In this document: one piece after another, positions 40,724 through 53,740 of the stretch
Layout of the letters: every line of letters begins with the position of its first letter
Position numbering within the stretch: the first letter of the stretch is position 1
NCBI GenBank assembly: GCA_951406725.2
Contig: OX597825.1
Span: forward strand, 87,172,001 to 87,236,000
Direction of reading: 5' to 3'
DNA: 64,000 nt
From: Octopus vulgaris
Lineage: Eukaryota
Notes under the pieces: model-generated
The model's input: the letters and a program-made list of their open reading frames with translations, nothing else
Databases searched by the model: none
What the model was told of the DNA's origin: nothing
Translations under genes and position numbers: made by a program

Positions 40724-41145
40724 AGATTAAATAATATCTTTAATGGTTTAAAAAAAACAACAACAATTATTTACGTGTAGATTTCGGCATGTAAATATAA
40801 CCATTAACGGTAGGAACTTCTATAAAGTTTAGTATATATATATATTGTATATGAATAAAAGGGGCAGGCAACAGGTTGCTTGGCCCCATACCGAAAAAAA
40901 TAGATATGTCGTATGTGGAGTCTCATTTGTAGAAACTAGAAATAAACAGTCTCTGACTGCTATTTCTAATTTTTTCGGTATGTGGTTAAGCAAATTCCTT
41001 TTGATGAACGCTAATTATAATTATAGTCGTAATTATAAAAAGTGATGTTAAGTTTACCGAAAACGATCCTTTTAACATGCTGAACACAACTTGGTGGAAT
41101 TATTAATTACTAATTAATTAATTAATTTACCCTTTATTATTATTG

Positions 41146-41190
<45 letters not shown>

Positions 41191-41361
41191 AAAAAAAATG
41201 TGGAAATTTTACCGGTGGGTGTGTTAGATGATAAGGCACAAAAAGAAAATGACTCTCCCCAGACACAACAGAATATGCTTCAACACACGAACTCATATAA
41301 AGAATCTTGCAAACCAAATCCAAAAGAGAAATATATATATATATATAATAATAATAATTTA

Positions 41362-41449
<88 letters not shown>

Positions 41450-41684
41450 TATGTATATATATTTCTGTGTGATTTAGAGGTTGGGGAACCAACCAACTAA
41501 GGGGTAGTACCTATCCAATATACTGCTGACAGTGTACCTAATTGTTCATACCCAAGTGCTAGTTATTGCATGACAATCTCGCAATTGAGTGTCATATATG
41601 GGTGGGGGTAAAAAGTGGTTTACCCTTAATTCATACGGCAAATAAGAAAATGGAGGGGATACAAAACGACATACATCAGCTGGT

Positions 41685-41921
41685 AGACATTGTAGTATGT
41701 CTATTCCACAGTCGTAGGATGTATTGGATAAATACATCGACATGTAATAACTATGTGTTAGACACACACACATGTACTAATATTACAGAAAAGAGCAATC
41801 TAATCTTTTACTATTTTCTGTAATGTCAGTACATGTGTGTGTAGCACATGGCTATTACATGCCTATGTATTCTTCTAATACATTCTATTACTTTGGAATA
41901 AATAGACATACAAGAATGTCT
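41685..41921. repeat. ~235-bp imperfect palindrome (~105-bp arms)
   Basis: Inverted pairs GTATGTCTATT/AATAGACATAC, CATGTAATA/TATTACATG and ACACACACATGTACT..ATTACAGAAAA/TTTTCTGTAAT..AGTACATGTGTGTGT. Confidence 0.8.
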
Positions 41922-41973
41922 GTGCATGTATGTATTATATACCTATGCACCTTTATAAATATGCGTATATATG

Positions 41974-42312
41974 TGGAGGTGCAATTGCCCAGTTGTCCGA
42001 GCAGCGGACTTGCAATCGTAGGATTGTGGTTTCGATTCCCAGACCGGGTATTGTGAGCGAAAATAGCTAAGGCTCCACGAGGCTCCGGCAGCGAGTGGTG
42101 GCGAACCCTGCTCTGCTCTTTCACCACAAATTTTTCTCACTCTTTTCTTCCTGGTCCTGTTGTACCTGTAGTTCAAAGGGCCAGCCTTGTTACACTCTGT
42201 GTCACGCTGAGTCTACCCGAGAACTACGTAAAGGGTACACGTGTCTGTTGAGTGCTGTTCTGTTGATCGAATCAACTGGAACCCTCGTCGTCGTAACGGA
42301 CGGAGGGCCACA
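41974..42312 (+). mobile_element. tRNA-derived SINE (OR-like head), tail type 2
   Basis: GGAGGTGCAATTGCCCAG...GGTTTCGATTCCCAGACCGGG head. The tail ends ...GTCGTAACGGACGGAGGGCCACAA. Confidence 0.85.
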
Positions 42313-42368
42313 ATACGCATATATATGAATATACATATAGCATCTGTCTGTCTGTCTTTCTGTCTCTC

Positions 42369-42414
42369 TATGTATGTATGTATGTTTATATGTATGTATG
42401 TATGTATGTATGTT

Positions 42415-42446
<32 letters not shown>

Positions 42447-43895
42447 TGTATGTATGCATGTATGTATGTATGTGTGTATGCATGCATGTATGTATGTATG
42501 TATGTATGTATGTATGCATGTATGTATGCATGTATGTATGTATGCATGCATGTATGTATGTATGTATGTATGTATGTTTATATGTATGTATGTATGTGTG
42601 TATGTGTGTATGTATGTATGCATGTATATATGCATGCATGTATGTATGTATGTATGTATGTATGTATGTATGTATGCATGTATGTATGTATGTATTTATG
42701 TATGTATGTATATATGCATGTATGTATGTATGCATATATGTATGTATGTATGATGTATGTATGTGTGTATGTATGTATGTATGTATGTATGTGTGTGTAT
42801 GTATGCATATATGTATGTATGATGTATGTATTTATGTATGTATGTATGTATTTATGTATGTATGCATGTATGTATGTACGTATGTATGTATGTATGTATG
42901 CATGTATGTATGCATGCATGTATGTATGTATGTATGTATGTATGTATGTATGTATGTATGTATGTATGTATGTATGTATGTATGTATGTATGTATGTATG
43001 TATGTATTTATGTATGTATGTATATATGCATGTATGTATGTATGTATGTATGTATGTATGTATGTATGTATGTATGTATGCATATATGTATGTATGTATG
43101 ATGTATGTATGTGTGTATGTATGTATGTATGTATGTGTGTATGTATGCATATATGTATGTATGATGTATGTATGAATGTATGTGTGTATGTATTTATGTA
43201 TGTATGCATGTATGTATGTACGTATGTATGTATGTATGTATGCATGTATGTATGCATGCATGTATGTATGTATGTATGTATGTATGCATGTATGTATGTA
43301 TGTGTGTATGTATGTATGTATGTATGAATGTATGTATGTATGCATGTGTGTGTGTATGTATGCATATATGTATGTATGATGTATGTATGAATGTATGTGT
43401 GTATGTATGTATGTATGTATGCATGTATGTATGCATGCATGTATGTATGCATGTATGTATGTATGTATGTATGTATGTATGTATGTATGTATGTATGTAC
43501 GTATGTATGTATGTATGTATGCATGTATGTATGCATGCATGTATGTATGTATGTATGTATGTATGTATGTATGTATGTATGTATGTATGTGTGTATGTAT
43601 GTATGTATGTATGTATGTATGTATGTATGTGTGTATGTATGTATGTGTGTATGTATGTATGTATGTATGAATGTATGTATGTGTGTATGTATGTATGTGT
43701 GTATGTATGTATGTATGTATGTATGTGTGTATGTATGTATGTGTGTATGTATGTATGTATGTATGTATGTATGTATGTATGTATGTATGTATGTATGTAT
43801 GTATGTATGTATGTATGTATGTATGTATGTATGTATGTATGTATGTATGTATGTATGTATGTGTGTATGTGTGTATGTATGTATGTGTGTATGTA
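42369..43895. repeat. ~1.5-kb (TATG)n array with higher-order variant blocks
   Basis: Directly visible. Variant words TACG, GCATATATG and TATTTATG recur in the same order. Confidence 0.97.
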
Positions 43896-45139
43896 TTATT
43901 CGAGTGGAAACGGAAGAGTTACCGGTGGAATAATTTTGTTACTCTTCGAAATGCTAAAACTTTTCTCAACTCTGTAAATCTGAAGTGTGTCTGTGAGAAT
44001 GAAATAAAAGACGAAATGATGACGACGACGACAAGGATGATGATGATTATGAAGAGGAAGATGAAAATGATGATGATGCTGACGAGAATTATAATTATAT
44101 ATAGTTTGAAATGCGAATTGTATAAGCAAAATTATTGTTTAAAATAATAAAACATTTACAAAAATTAAGTAAACTTAAAACCATCGGAATTTGATGGTTT
44201 TATTGATGTCGGATGTTTAAATAAATAAACAGCGAGAAAATCATGAATGAAGATGTCTATAAAAATACACGTGTCATGTTGTCATGTCGTATGACTGATA
44301 CGAGAAACTGGAAAGAAAATAAAGGATCCAAGTAAATGGGGGAAACGTTCAGATAATTAATAAATATTTCGACAAAAGAGAAGACATTTTGGAAGCCAAC
44401 GAAAAGCTTTCAAGGTACGAAACTTCGGATTAATTTGAACCATTCTTCCAGGACAATGAGATACTTGAATGAAAATCTTTTAAGAGGATTTTAACAATAG
44501 CACTAAAACCTATGGCCTCCAGAACCATTCATACGTATGCTTCAGGTTGGATGAGACTGATGGGAAGATTAGAGAGAAAAGAAAGGAGAAAATTAGGGCT
44601 GGGTATTACAGAATAATCGATATGTACTAAGCTGTTCCGGGGCTGCCAGTTTAGAGCTAATATTGATAGAATTAGTTCACTTCACACATAAACAAGTCGG
44701 GGTCTGATATAAATAGAACAGTGGGACTAGAATACGAAAGGAAACTGGTTAGGGGAACAAGGAATAGAGAAGAGAATATATTTGTATATTATTAGGAAAC
44801 ATTTAAAATTATACTGCTAAAAGTTATCTGCACTTAAAAAGAGGATTGAAATTAGGGAAAACTGACAAAATATGTAAACTGAAAACAAAAATCCGTAACA
44901 GCCGAAAGCTCTGCAACAGTGAATACAGAGCAATAAGCACAGTGGGATGTTGGAATCTTGCAATGAAATAAAATTTGTTGACTTTATTGGAGAAAATACG
45001 TTGGATGAAAAGAATTAACGAAATCATCACTGGTAGTCCAAGAATGGGCAACAAAAGGTAGAAGCAGAGAATTGGGAATTTCATAGGCTGCGGGTTTAGG
45101 AGCATAAAACAATACAAGAAAATATCTCAGAAAATGACA

Positions 45140-45560
45140 AAGCTATTGACACACTATGGGATACGTCCATTCAAACACCCATGGGATAAGCCAATGGGAT
45201 ACCCACATGGTGATCAAGAAAAAGAAGTACTCCTTGATCAACCTATGTGTCTCAGCAGCTGACGATGGTGTATTTCAGAGAGAGAGAGAGAAAGATGGAA
45301 ATCATCCAAATAAATAATGTCCTAGAAATAGATAACTAAAAGATAAGGAAACTAGTTCCGTTAATAATTGGTGCCTTGGGATTGATTAAAACATATGCTG
45401 TTAAGTAAAGAAGCCAAGTTCTAGGACACACATCTAAGCAACAAACAGCAAGGAGCTGCTCTGTTAATTGGTAGAATTCTTTCAAAATATAACAGAGAAC
45501 ATAAAAGAGAAGAAAAACTGCCGTTCTGCGGCAAAAAGCACGCAATGAAAATAAAACTAC
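45140..45560 (+). pseudogene. Highly decayed R4/Dong-type RLE fragment ending at (TAA)n
   Basis: ...LVPLIIGALGLIK... motif at ~45352-45390, followed by a (TAA)n/(TAG)n array. Confidence 0.6.
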
Positions 45561-45585
45561 TTGATAATAATAATAATAATAATAA

Positions 45586-45644
<59 letters not shown>

Positions 45645-45703
45645 ATAATAATAATAATAATAATAATAATGATAATAATAATAATAATAATAATAATAGT
45701 AGC

Positions 45704-45743
<40 letters not shown>

Positions 45744-45832
45744 ATAATAATAATAATAATAATAGTAAGAATGATAATAATAATACTAGTAATAATAAAA
45801 ATATCAATAATAATAATAATAATAATAATAAT

Positions 45833-46173
45833 GACAACGTGTCTCTAAAAGAAATGGAGAAACTCTCAAAATACAAAGACCTGGAAATAGAGGTAACTAG
45901 AATGTGGAATCTGAAAACAGAAACAATTCCTATCAGTAGGTGCATTAGGCATGATAAAAAAATATTCAGACAAATACATAACAAAAACACCAGGACTTAC
46001 AAACACATATAACATACAGAAAATTGCACTACTAGGCACTGCACACATCCTACGCAGAACACTTTCCATACAATAACCATCAGAGCATCACAACAAATCA
46101 CAGCACATACCCAAGGCACACAGAGCTGCGCTCGGTAGTGAAGTGAAAGCACGCTATAAAAATAGAACTACTG
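45833..46173 (+). mobile_element. R4/Dong-type LINE 3' end in (TAA)n
   Basis: DNVSLKEMEKLSKYKDLEIEVTRMWNLKTETIPI/VGALGMIKK...IQKIALLGTAHILRRTLSIQ* (stop 46074-46076), with (TAA)n on both sides. Confidence 0.85.
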
Positions 46174-46427
46174 AATAATAATAATAATAATAATATTATA
46201 GTTTAAGGCGAATAAACAAGTGAAGATGATAATCGTTTGGTTAAACGTTGTTAACTAGTAGCGAGACTAAGCAAAATGGTTTGAGTGTAAACATGTTGTG
46301 GTAAGAGGATATCAGTCAGATAAGAACTAATCACTTCGATGGCAAACCATGAGATATCTTATTTGCTGCGAAGACGAACCTGGGAAGAGAAGAATTACGT
46401 TGGGAGGCAAACAACAGCAAATGTCCC

Positions 46428-46683
46428 TATACATACATACATACATGCATGCATACATACATACACACATACATACACACATACATATATACATACATAC
46501 ATACACACATACATACATACAAACATAGATACATACATACACACATACATACATACACACATACATACACACATACATACATACACACATACATACATAC
46601 AAACATACATACATACATACATACATACAAACATACATACATACATACATACATACATACATACATACATACATACATACATA
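46428..46683. repeat. (CATA)n array
   Basis: Directly visible. Confidence 0.95.
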
Positions 46684-46859
46684 ACTGCACTGAGAGAAAC
46701 TAGTAGAAATAACAGTCAAATCTCCTTCACGTAGAACTACATAGGGAAAGTAGAAAACTAGAGTAAAACGATCGTTGGCTGAAATGTCTTTAATCATAGG
46801 CCTACTGGATTCCAGCTGACCTGCGGCTAAACGACATTAGCAACAGCAGCAGATGTAGT

Positions 46860-47225
46860 GGAGGCGCAATAGCCCAATGGTTAGGGCAGCGGACTCGCGG
46901 TCGGAGGATCGCGGTTTCGATTCCCAGACCGGGCGTTGTGTGTGTTTATTGAGCGAAAACACCTAAAGCTCCACGAGACACCAGCAGGAGGTGGTGGCGA
47001 CCCCTGTTGTACTCTTTTGCTCTAACTTTCCCTCTCTTTCTTCTTGTTTCTTGTCCCCGACTTCCTACGCAACCGCTGAGCCTGGATGCGCATTCAGCCA
47101 TCCCTCGATGCTCTCGGTGTCGGGGGTTGACCTGCTTTCTCTTCTGCGGGTCTTACGAATAGCAAAGGACCACGTTTCGGACTTCTCCCATGTTGCGAGC
47201 TCTGGGACGAAGACCGTTCGCTGAA
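46860..47225 (+). mobile_element. tRNA-derived SINE (OR-like head), tail type 3
   Basis: GGAGGCGCAATAGCCCAATGGTTAGGGCAGCGGACTCGC...GGTTTCGATTCCC, with AGCAACAGCAGCAG on both flanks. Confidence 0.9.
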
Positions 47226-48711
47226 CAGCAACAGCAACAGCAGCAGCAGCTGTAAATGTAAGGAACAGACGATAAGGATACGATGAAATCGGTGGCGTGT
47301 TGTAAGTATCAAAATCAGTCAAATCTCGTTGCTCTTTCAAAAGAAAGAAAGAAAAATGCCGGACGACGTAATCTTGAATACATAACACTTCAAAAGAAGA
47401 TTGGATAGTTATGGCTGGGATGCGTTATGAATATTTGAAATGAAGCTAAACAACAATACCAGCAGCACTAATAAGTACAGACATGTAAAAAAAGGAGATG
47501 ATTGTCAAATAAACATTTAGTCCTATCTAAATTGAATGTCTAAACATTTTCCTCGCTTCTTCTGTACAGTGAACTCTTTATATTTTATGAGCTTTGGGAA
47601 TAATTCTTATCAGAAGATCAGCAAGACATTTCGTTAAATGAGCACAAATAGTTGTTAGTTTACTTTTTGCATCTGTAATTTTAAATCTGTGGAGTTTAGC
47701 GAGATATATTTGATGAATATCCAAAGCTTTTCACTGGTTTTAACAAATGATCTCACGTTGAAATAAATATAAAGTTGGATATACAAACGTAAGTTCGTCG
47801 CGCGGACACACACACAGATACACGAATGCTAACGTATATATGCAAAAGTAGAAGTTTAGACAGGAGAAGTGTACACTAGAAGAAAAGAAAAAAAGAAAAA
47901 AGAAATACTACAAGCATGGATATTATTTTGATGTTATCAGTCAGTGACAGCAGGTAATAAATGATTTCACTTCACATTATCAACAGCAGTGTCCCCTTCA
48001 GGGTACTGATGCATTCATAATTAACGCTAAACACACACACACACATACACACACATACACATACACACACACAAGGTCAATATAAAGTCGCAGTACAACT
48101 TTAAATTACCACAAACCTCGTATATAATATATGATATAATAATCTGTGACAAGGATAATTGACGGATTGTATTACATATCTGAATAGATTTATGCGAGAT
48201 TATGAATTCTGAACGTCTCACTCAGCATTTAACCTGCAACCCGAAGTTATAACAATACATGTTACCTCCGCTGCCTCATAATAATTAGTCCTACTCAGCC
48301 AAGCAACAACATACAACAGTTTTTATATATCCACGTGACATATACGTGCGGTACTCATTAATTTTCTGCAAAAATTCATAATTCTTTGAATAAAACTCTT
48401 TTGAGCAGTGATTATAAAATAGATGCAACAGGAATTTGGATCTTTACAGCTTAAGTCTCGCAGATAAAGATCGAAAGTTATACAAATTTATAAGATTAAA
48501 AGTAAAATTTCAGAAGGTTGTTATAACCAGCCTGGGAATCTTACATATATATATATATATTTTCCTTGTTTCGTTTTTACGTCTTCGTTTCTCGTTGTGT
48601 TCTACGTTTATTTATGGTGTTCTGTACCCATATATGCATGTATATATACATATAGATGTAGGTATGTACATATATGTATGTATGTATGCATATGCTTTAT
48701 CTATTAAATTG

Positions 48712-48759
<48 letters not shown>

Positions 48760-50080
48760 ATTATTAGGGAATATTACTTCCGAGTACACAGGAAAAAGAC
48801 ATTCAAATTAGTTGTACTAAAATGAACATCTCTCAATGTTTAGTTGGTATATATAAAAATAGTTTTAGAGACAGAACCACCTCCAACTCAATCAACACTG
48901 AAAGATTTTATACCCGACCACTCAATAAAGTCCCTTTCTAAGTAGACCCTAGAATTTCGCCCTTTCCCCTACCGGCAATTTCCTTTGCGACATTCTCTTA
49001 TAATTTTGTACTTTTGTTTTGCTTTGTTTTTATTAGGGTTTGATTAATAATTTTTTTCCGGGTGAGAAAATGGTCCTTCCGGATCGTAGCTTAATGGTAT
49101 ACTTATCTTCCCTTCACTATCGGGTTCCACATTTTCCGGGGTAATAACATAATCCATTTGACTGAAGTTCTGACTGACCAGCCATCCTGTGTTGCTTTTC
49201 TTTTCGAGAAGAGGAGGAAGAAGAAAAAACATGTTTGTTTTTTATCGCTGTGTCATTTATTGCATAGAACGGAGAGAGTTCCTTTGCTGACATGTTTATT
49301 TTTGCAGAACCTTATTTTCTGGTAGCTTTTAACCAGTTCTAGTTTTGATTATTTCTCAATTTACTGTTTGAAACTGATTGTGTAAGAGACCTGTTTTGTG
49401 GTAATTAGTTTGATTAGCTCGTTGGTCTTCAGTGACCTTAAAATGACTCCAGGTTTCGTCATTTGAGTTTGGGGATAAGTGATGGATGCTGGTCATCTTC
49501 CTCTCTGTATGCTAGTGAAATACCCAAATCATTTTTTTTTCGTCTGAGTAGCATTTGCAGGATTTGATGCTTTTTGCCAATTTCTTCTTCCCTATAAGAC
49601 GGCACTTTGTCTTTTAATGTCATCTTTTCCACATGACGCACAATTCCACCTCAAATGATTTCAAAGAACAACGATTTTTAAAACTCGTCATTTCGATGAT
49701 TAATAACTCCAGCTTACATTTCCGGTCTTCTTACGTTGTTTAATAGCGATAATCTTCGTATCTTCTCTCTTGAGAGTGGTACCAGAGATTAAGGGTTCTA
49801 GATTCAGATCCGCCTCCAGGAATGCAAAAAGACTTCTCAAGTGAGGTTAACAAATCAGGTCACTCTAAGGTGACCAACTCACCTCTGTGGGCATTTTGTC
49901 CAACTGCGCAATAGGATGCTCAACTATGAAAGTTTATTGTAGCTCTGTACTCCATTCATCATTTAGATGTGATCTGACAGAAAATATACGAGGAGTGATG
50001 AGGGATTCAACTCCATCTTGTAGTTTTTGACACAGAAATGTTAGTTTCGTCTTAGAGCTAAATTCTCATCAATAACTACT

Positions 50081-50335
50081 GCAGTGTGTGTTCGGGCAGG
50101 AAATGAAAACACAATATCCCATCAAAATATAAAACCAAAGTATATCAATTATATTATGGATGGTAGATAACAGTTTATTCAAATTGGGTGCCCTCAACTT
50201 CCACCACGGCTTCAGTACGACTCTGGAGCCTCGTGCTTGCGTTCTTGACAGTGTCCATAGGAGATCTTCGATCACCTCTTTGGTCTTGGCCACAAGCCCA
50301 GCCTTAGGCTGACAGACAGAGCAGTGGGTGTTTTT
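50081..50335 (-). mobile_element. Tc1/mariner 3' end (transposase C-terminus + TIR)
   Basis: Minus strand reads KTKEVIEDL/PMDTVKNASTRLQSR/LEAVVEVEGTQFE*, matching R..AV...GG..E. A TIR-like CAGTGTGTGTTCGGGCA occurs at 50082. Confidence 0.7.
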
Positions 50336-50630
50336 ATCAGCTGTATTAACTGATATGGAGCTTTCAAGTCCGCCATGTCAGCTCACCTTTTTGTAAACTA
50401 CAACTTCAACCATTGTAATCACTAACGTAGTTGTCGATTCATCGATGCATCAATGCGAAGAAAAGAAGACTTAAGACAAACCGTCAAATTTAGCCCGAAC
50501 AGCGTGTAAATTATTTCGTAACTACATTTAAAGACTGGGTGTGTATGGAAATCTTCATTTACATGTGGTTACACAGGATGGCTTATGAACCCGGAGCAAT
50601 GAGAAATGCGCGTGTGCACACACACAAATA

Positions 50631-50691
<61 letters not shown>

Positions 50692-51164
50692 CTTGTGTCT
50701 ATCACTTGCGGCTGTCTTCCATTTATTGACACCGCTATACTTTAGATGTTCCCCAAACTTGCTACTAATGAACAATAAACGCAGCTAAAATTGGTTGCGT
50801 CTATTTTAGCTGTTCTGAAGGTTGTGAAAAAACGACGATGTCATTTACATGAAATCATATTAGCGAAGCGGCAGGTGTTAAACTTGCTGGCTTAATTCTC
50901 TTTGAGCAAAATCCACAGAAAAGTAATTGTACACTTGGCATTTAAAACTGGACGAAACTTCAAAATCTTTGTGCTTATATTTCACTTACAAAGAAACATG
51001 CAAACATCCACCCACCAGCCTATACGAAAGTCTAATTGAACACGCAAAGAAATACTCCATAGTCATTATATATATACATACGCATATATATGCATATTTA
51101 TATATACATATACACACACATATATATATAAATTCATATATATATATATACATACATATATATA

Positions 51165-51329
<165 letters not shown>

Positions 51330-52989
51330 GCACACTCACACATACACAGGTGCCTGTGCAATACAATATACACTGATCCATGTATATAAAACACACTCTC
51401 CTATCGTCTTCTTCATTCCCGTCGTCCCTATTTACAGCATTATTCTACTTGTATTCTTCTCTTTCGTTTCCTTCCACTCGAAAGCCAAAGATTTCAATAT
51501 TGATTCTAGAACATTCTGACAGCATAAAGTTTTCAGTGATTCTTTGAACTTAAGACAAGGCACATTGTTTTTTCTCTCGTAAAATGTCAGTAAACTGCAC
51601 TCGCAGAATATGGTTCCATTTAAAATGCATCAATGTCGTATATGATAGCGCTCTTTCCTGTGATTAAAACTTCTTTTTCTGTAATATTCATAAAACCTTT
51701 TTTGATGTGAACCACTCTATCAGACGGAGATAAATTCACCAACTTCGCCAACGAAACAAAAAAACAAAACAAAACAAAGAAAACAAAATTTTAATCGTTG
51801 TGGTTTGTTCAAGAATGGACTTTCAAATTTCTTTATCATTTACGTTGTTATTATTGTTACTGGTGTTGTTATTGTTATTGTTATTGAACGTGATGATGAT
51901 GATGATGGTGGTGATGGTGGTGATGGTGATGGTGATGGTGGTGATGGTCGACATGCTACTGTTACTGCAATTGTTGTTGATGCTGTCATTGCGTTTCTAT
52001 TGTTACGATTCTGGTATTTTGATAGCAGCTCTTCTTCTTCTTCTTCTTCTTCTTCTTCTTCTTCTTCTTCTTCTTCTTCTTCTTCTTCTTCTTCTTCTTC
52101 TTGCTCCTCTATACTTTCTTAATTAAAGTTTAAATCTATCCTCCTGGTATATTTCTCTTCCAATCTACATAAACCTCCATTCCACCCGTTTATTACTTTA
52201 TTTCCTATCGCTTCTCCTTTCATAGCATTATCCCATTATCCAACAATATTAAACCACAGCCACAACTAAATTTCACAACAATTTTTATAAAACATTTCGA
52301 ACAAAGGCTGCCATGTTTTCTCATGTAATTTTATTTTAAAATTCCATTTTAAAATCTGACTCAAGCGAAAGACACAATAATAACAATATTAATAAAAATT
52401 AATTTTCTGAAAAGAAAAAAAAATGAAAAGAAGCCTTCAGAAAAGTTTGCGTTCAACGACAATTATTTACGTTGCAATAAAACCACAAAATGCGTATCAT
52501 ATATGGTAGAACGGATGCAATACCGGAAGTTATTTATCAGGGTTAAAGGTAAACCAGCTGCGGTCTAACATCAACTAGGAACAATGAAAAGAGAAAATTC
52601 AATATCAAATCGTTTTTATATTTGGTTTCCCATATTTAAACTGAGCGAAGTTTTAATTAATTTATGTACAATAGTTGCTGAATATCGAATACAAAATTAA
52701 TTATGAAGGATGTATTTAGCTATATTGATATTAAAAATGTTTCAACGTAATGTTAGATATAGGCAAGTATTTAAATCTCAATCTAACATTGATACAAAGA
52801 ACTTTTGTCATACGATGATAGATCAAACGCAACCGACATCGATCATCAACTAATTTTTATATTTATTGTCAAAATTATAAAACTAACCCAAGAACAAAAA
52901 CACAAACACATAAGCGTACACCAACTGCACACACACACACACACAAAATATTGTTTGAAACGTTAAAATAAGATCATTACTTGAAGTGT

Positions 52990-53201
52990 AATAATAATGC
53001 ATTTATTGGTTCTGTGGTGAGATTAGAATCGTATTTATTTTGGAAGATGAAGCTGACTGGGACTTCAAAGTTTGCCCATCGGTTTGGTCAGTCAGCACTC
53101 TGGTTGACCAAGCTGATAGGTGAAGTTCCAGTCAAATTGATCTTTCACAATAAATCTGACTTTAGTCACACAACGGAACCAATAAATTCGCCATTGTTAT
53201 T
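52990..53201. repeat. ~210-bp rod-like hairpin
   Basis: Inverted pairs ATTTATTGGTTC/GAACCAATAAAT, TGACTGGGACTTCA/TGAAGTTCCAGTCA and TTGGTCAGTCAG/CTGGTTGACCAA, with a 4-nt loop. Confidence 0.85.
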
Positions 53202-53493
53202 CTTAAAATTGACAGTGATCTGTTCGCGCCGCTGATGATGAGAATGGACACATGCCATGCTCCATGGTGAACTTCTTATATCTTCGTCTCGCTATTCTGT
53301 GTTGTCCTCCATTCCTGTAAATTAGAAAATTTCATGGATTCATAGTTTGTGGAGACCGCTTACTTTGCTATAGCTTGGTTTTCTTCATAGACAACTTAAC
53401 AAAGCTTAGACAATGCTATGATATTGGTGCCTAGTTCTGGGAGGTTCTGTGGTATATATATATATGTATATATGTATATATGTGTATATGTAT

Positions 53494-53568
<75 letters not shown>

Positions 53569-53572
<4 letters not shown>

Positions 53573-53695
53573 CGCCTGTGGACAATGTTCACGGACCTGC
53601 CTTTCCCATATCGGACTTGTCAGTCATGAGCGTGCATGCACGCGACGTGGACGGCCTTCCTGATCTTCGTTCGCGAAGCCAAGCCATTATGGTAA

Positions 53696-53698
<3 letters not shown>
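53569..53698 (+). mobile_element. RTE-like LINE extreme 3' end inserted in (TA)n
   Basis: [23 protein letters not shown] (C2HC zinc finger typical of the RTE ORF C-terminus), then a stop, a short 3'UTR ending AAGCCAAGCCATTATG, and (TA)n on both sides. Confidence 0.75.

Positions 53699-53740
<42 letters not shown>

Noticed and set aside
42202-44147. Long ORFs (170-320 aa) of MYVC/HTYI repeats, and the many YI/CV/HT ORFs throughout the window
   Set aside because: They are translations of (TATG)n, (TA)n and (CA)n microsatellites, which lack stops by composition. There is no coding signal.
46860-46935. tRNA-like sequences here and at 18965-19041, 40174-40260, 41974-42050 and 6240-6306
   Set aside because: These are SINE heads. 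The cloverleaf is imperfect and each continues into a repeated SINE body, so they are not tRNA genes.
53231-53275. CTGATGA box after the hairpin
   Set aside because: No properly placed GAAA or closing stems, so not a hammerhead.
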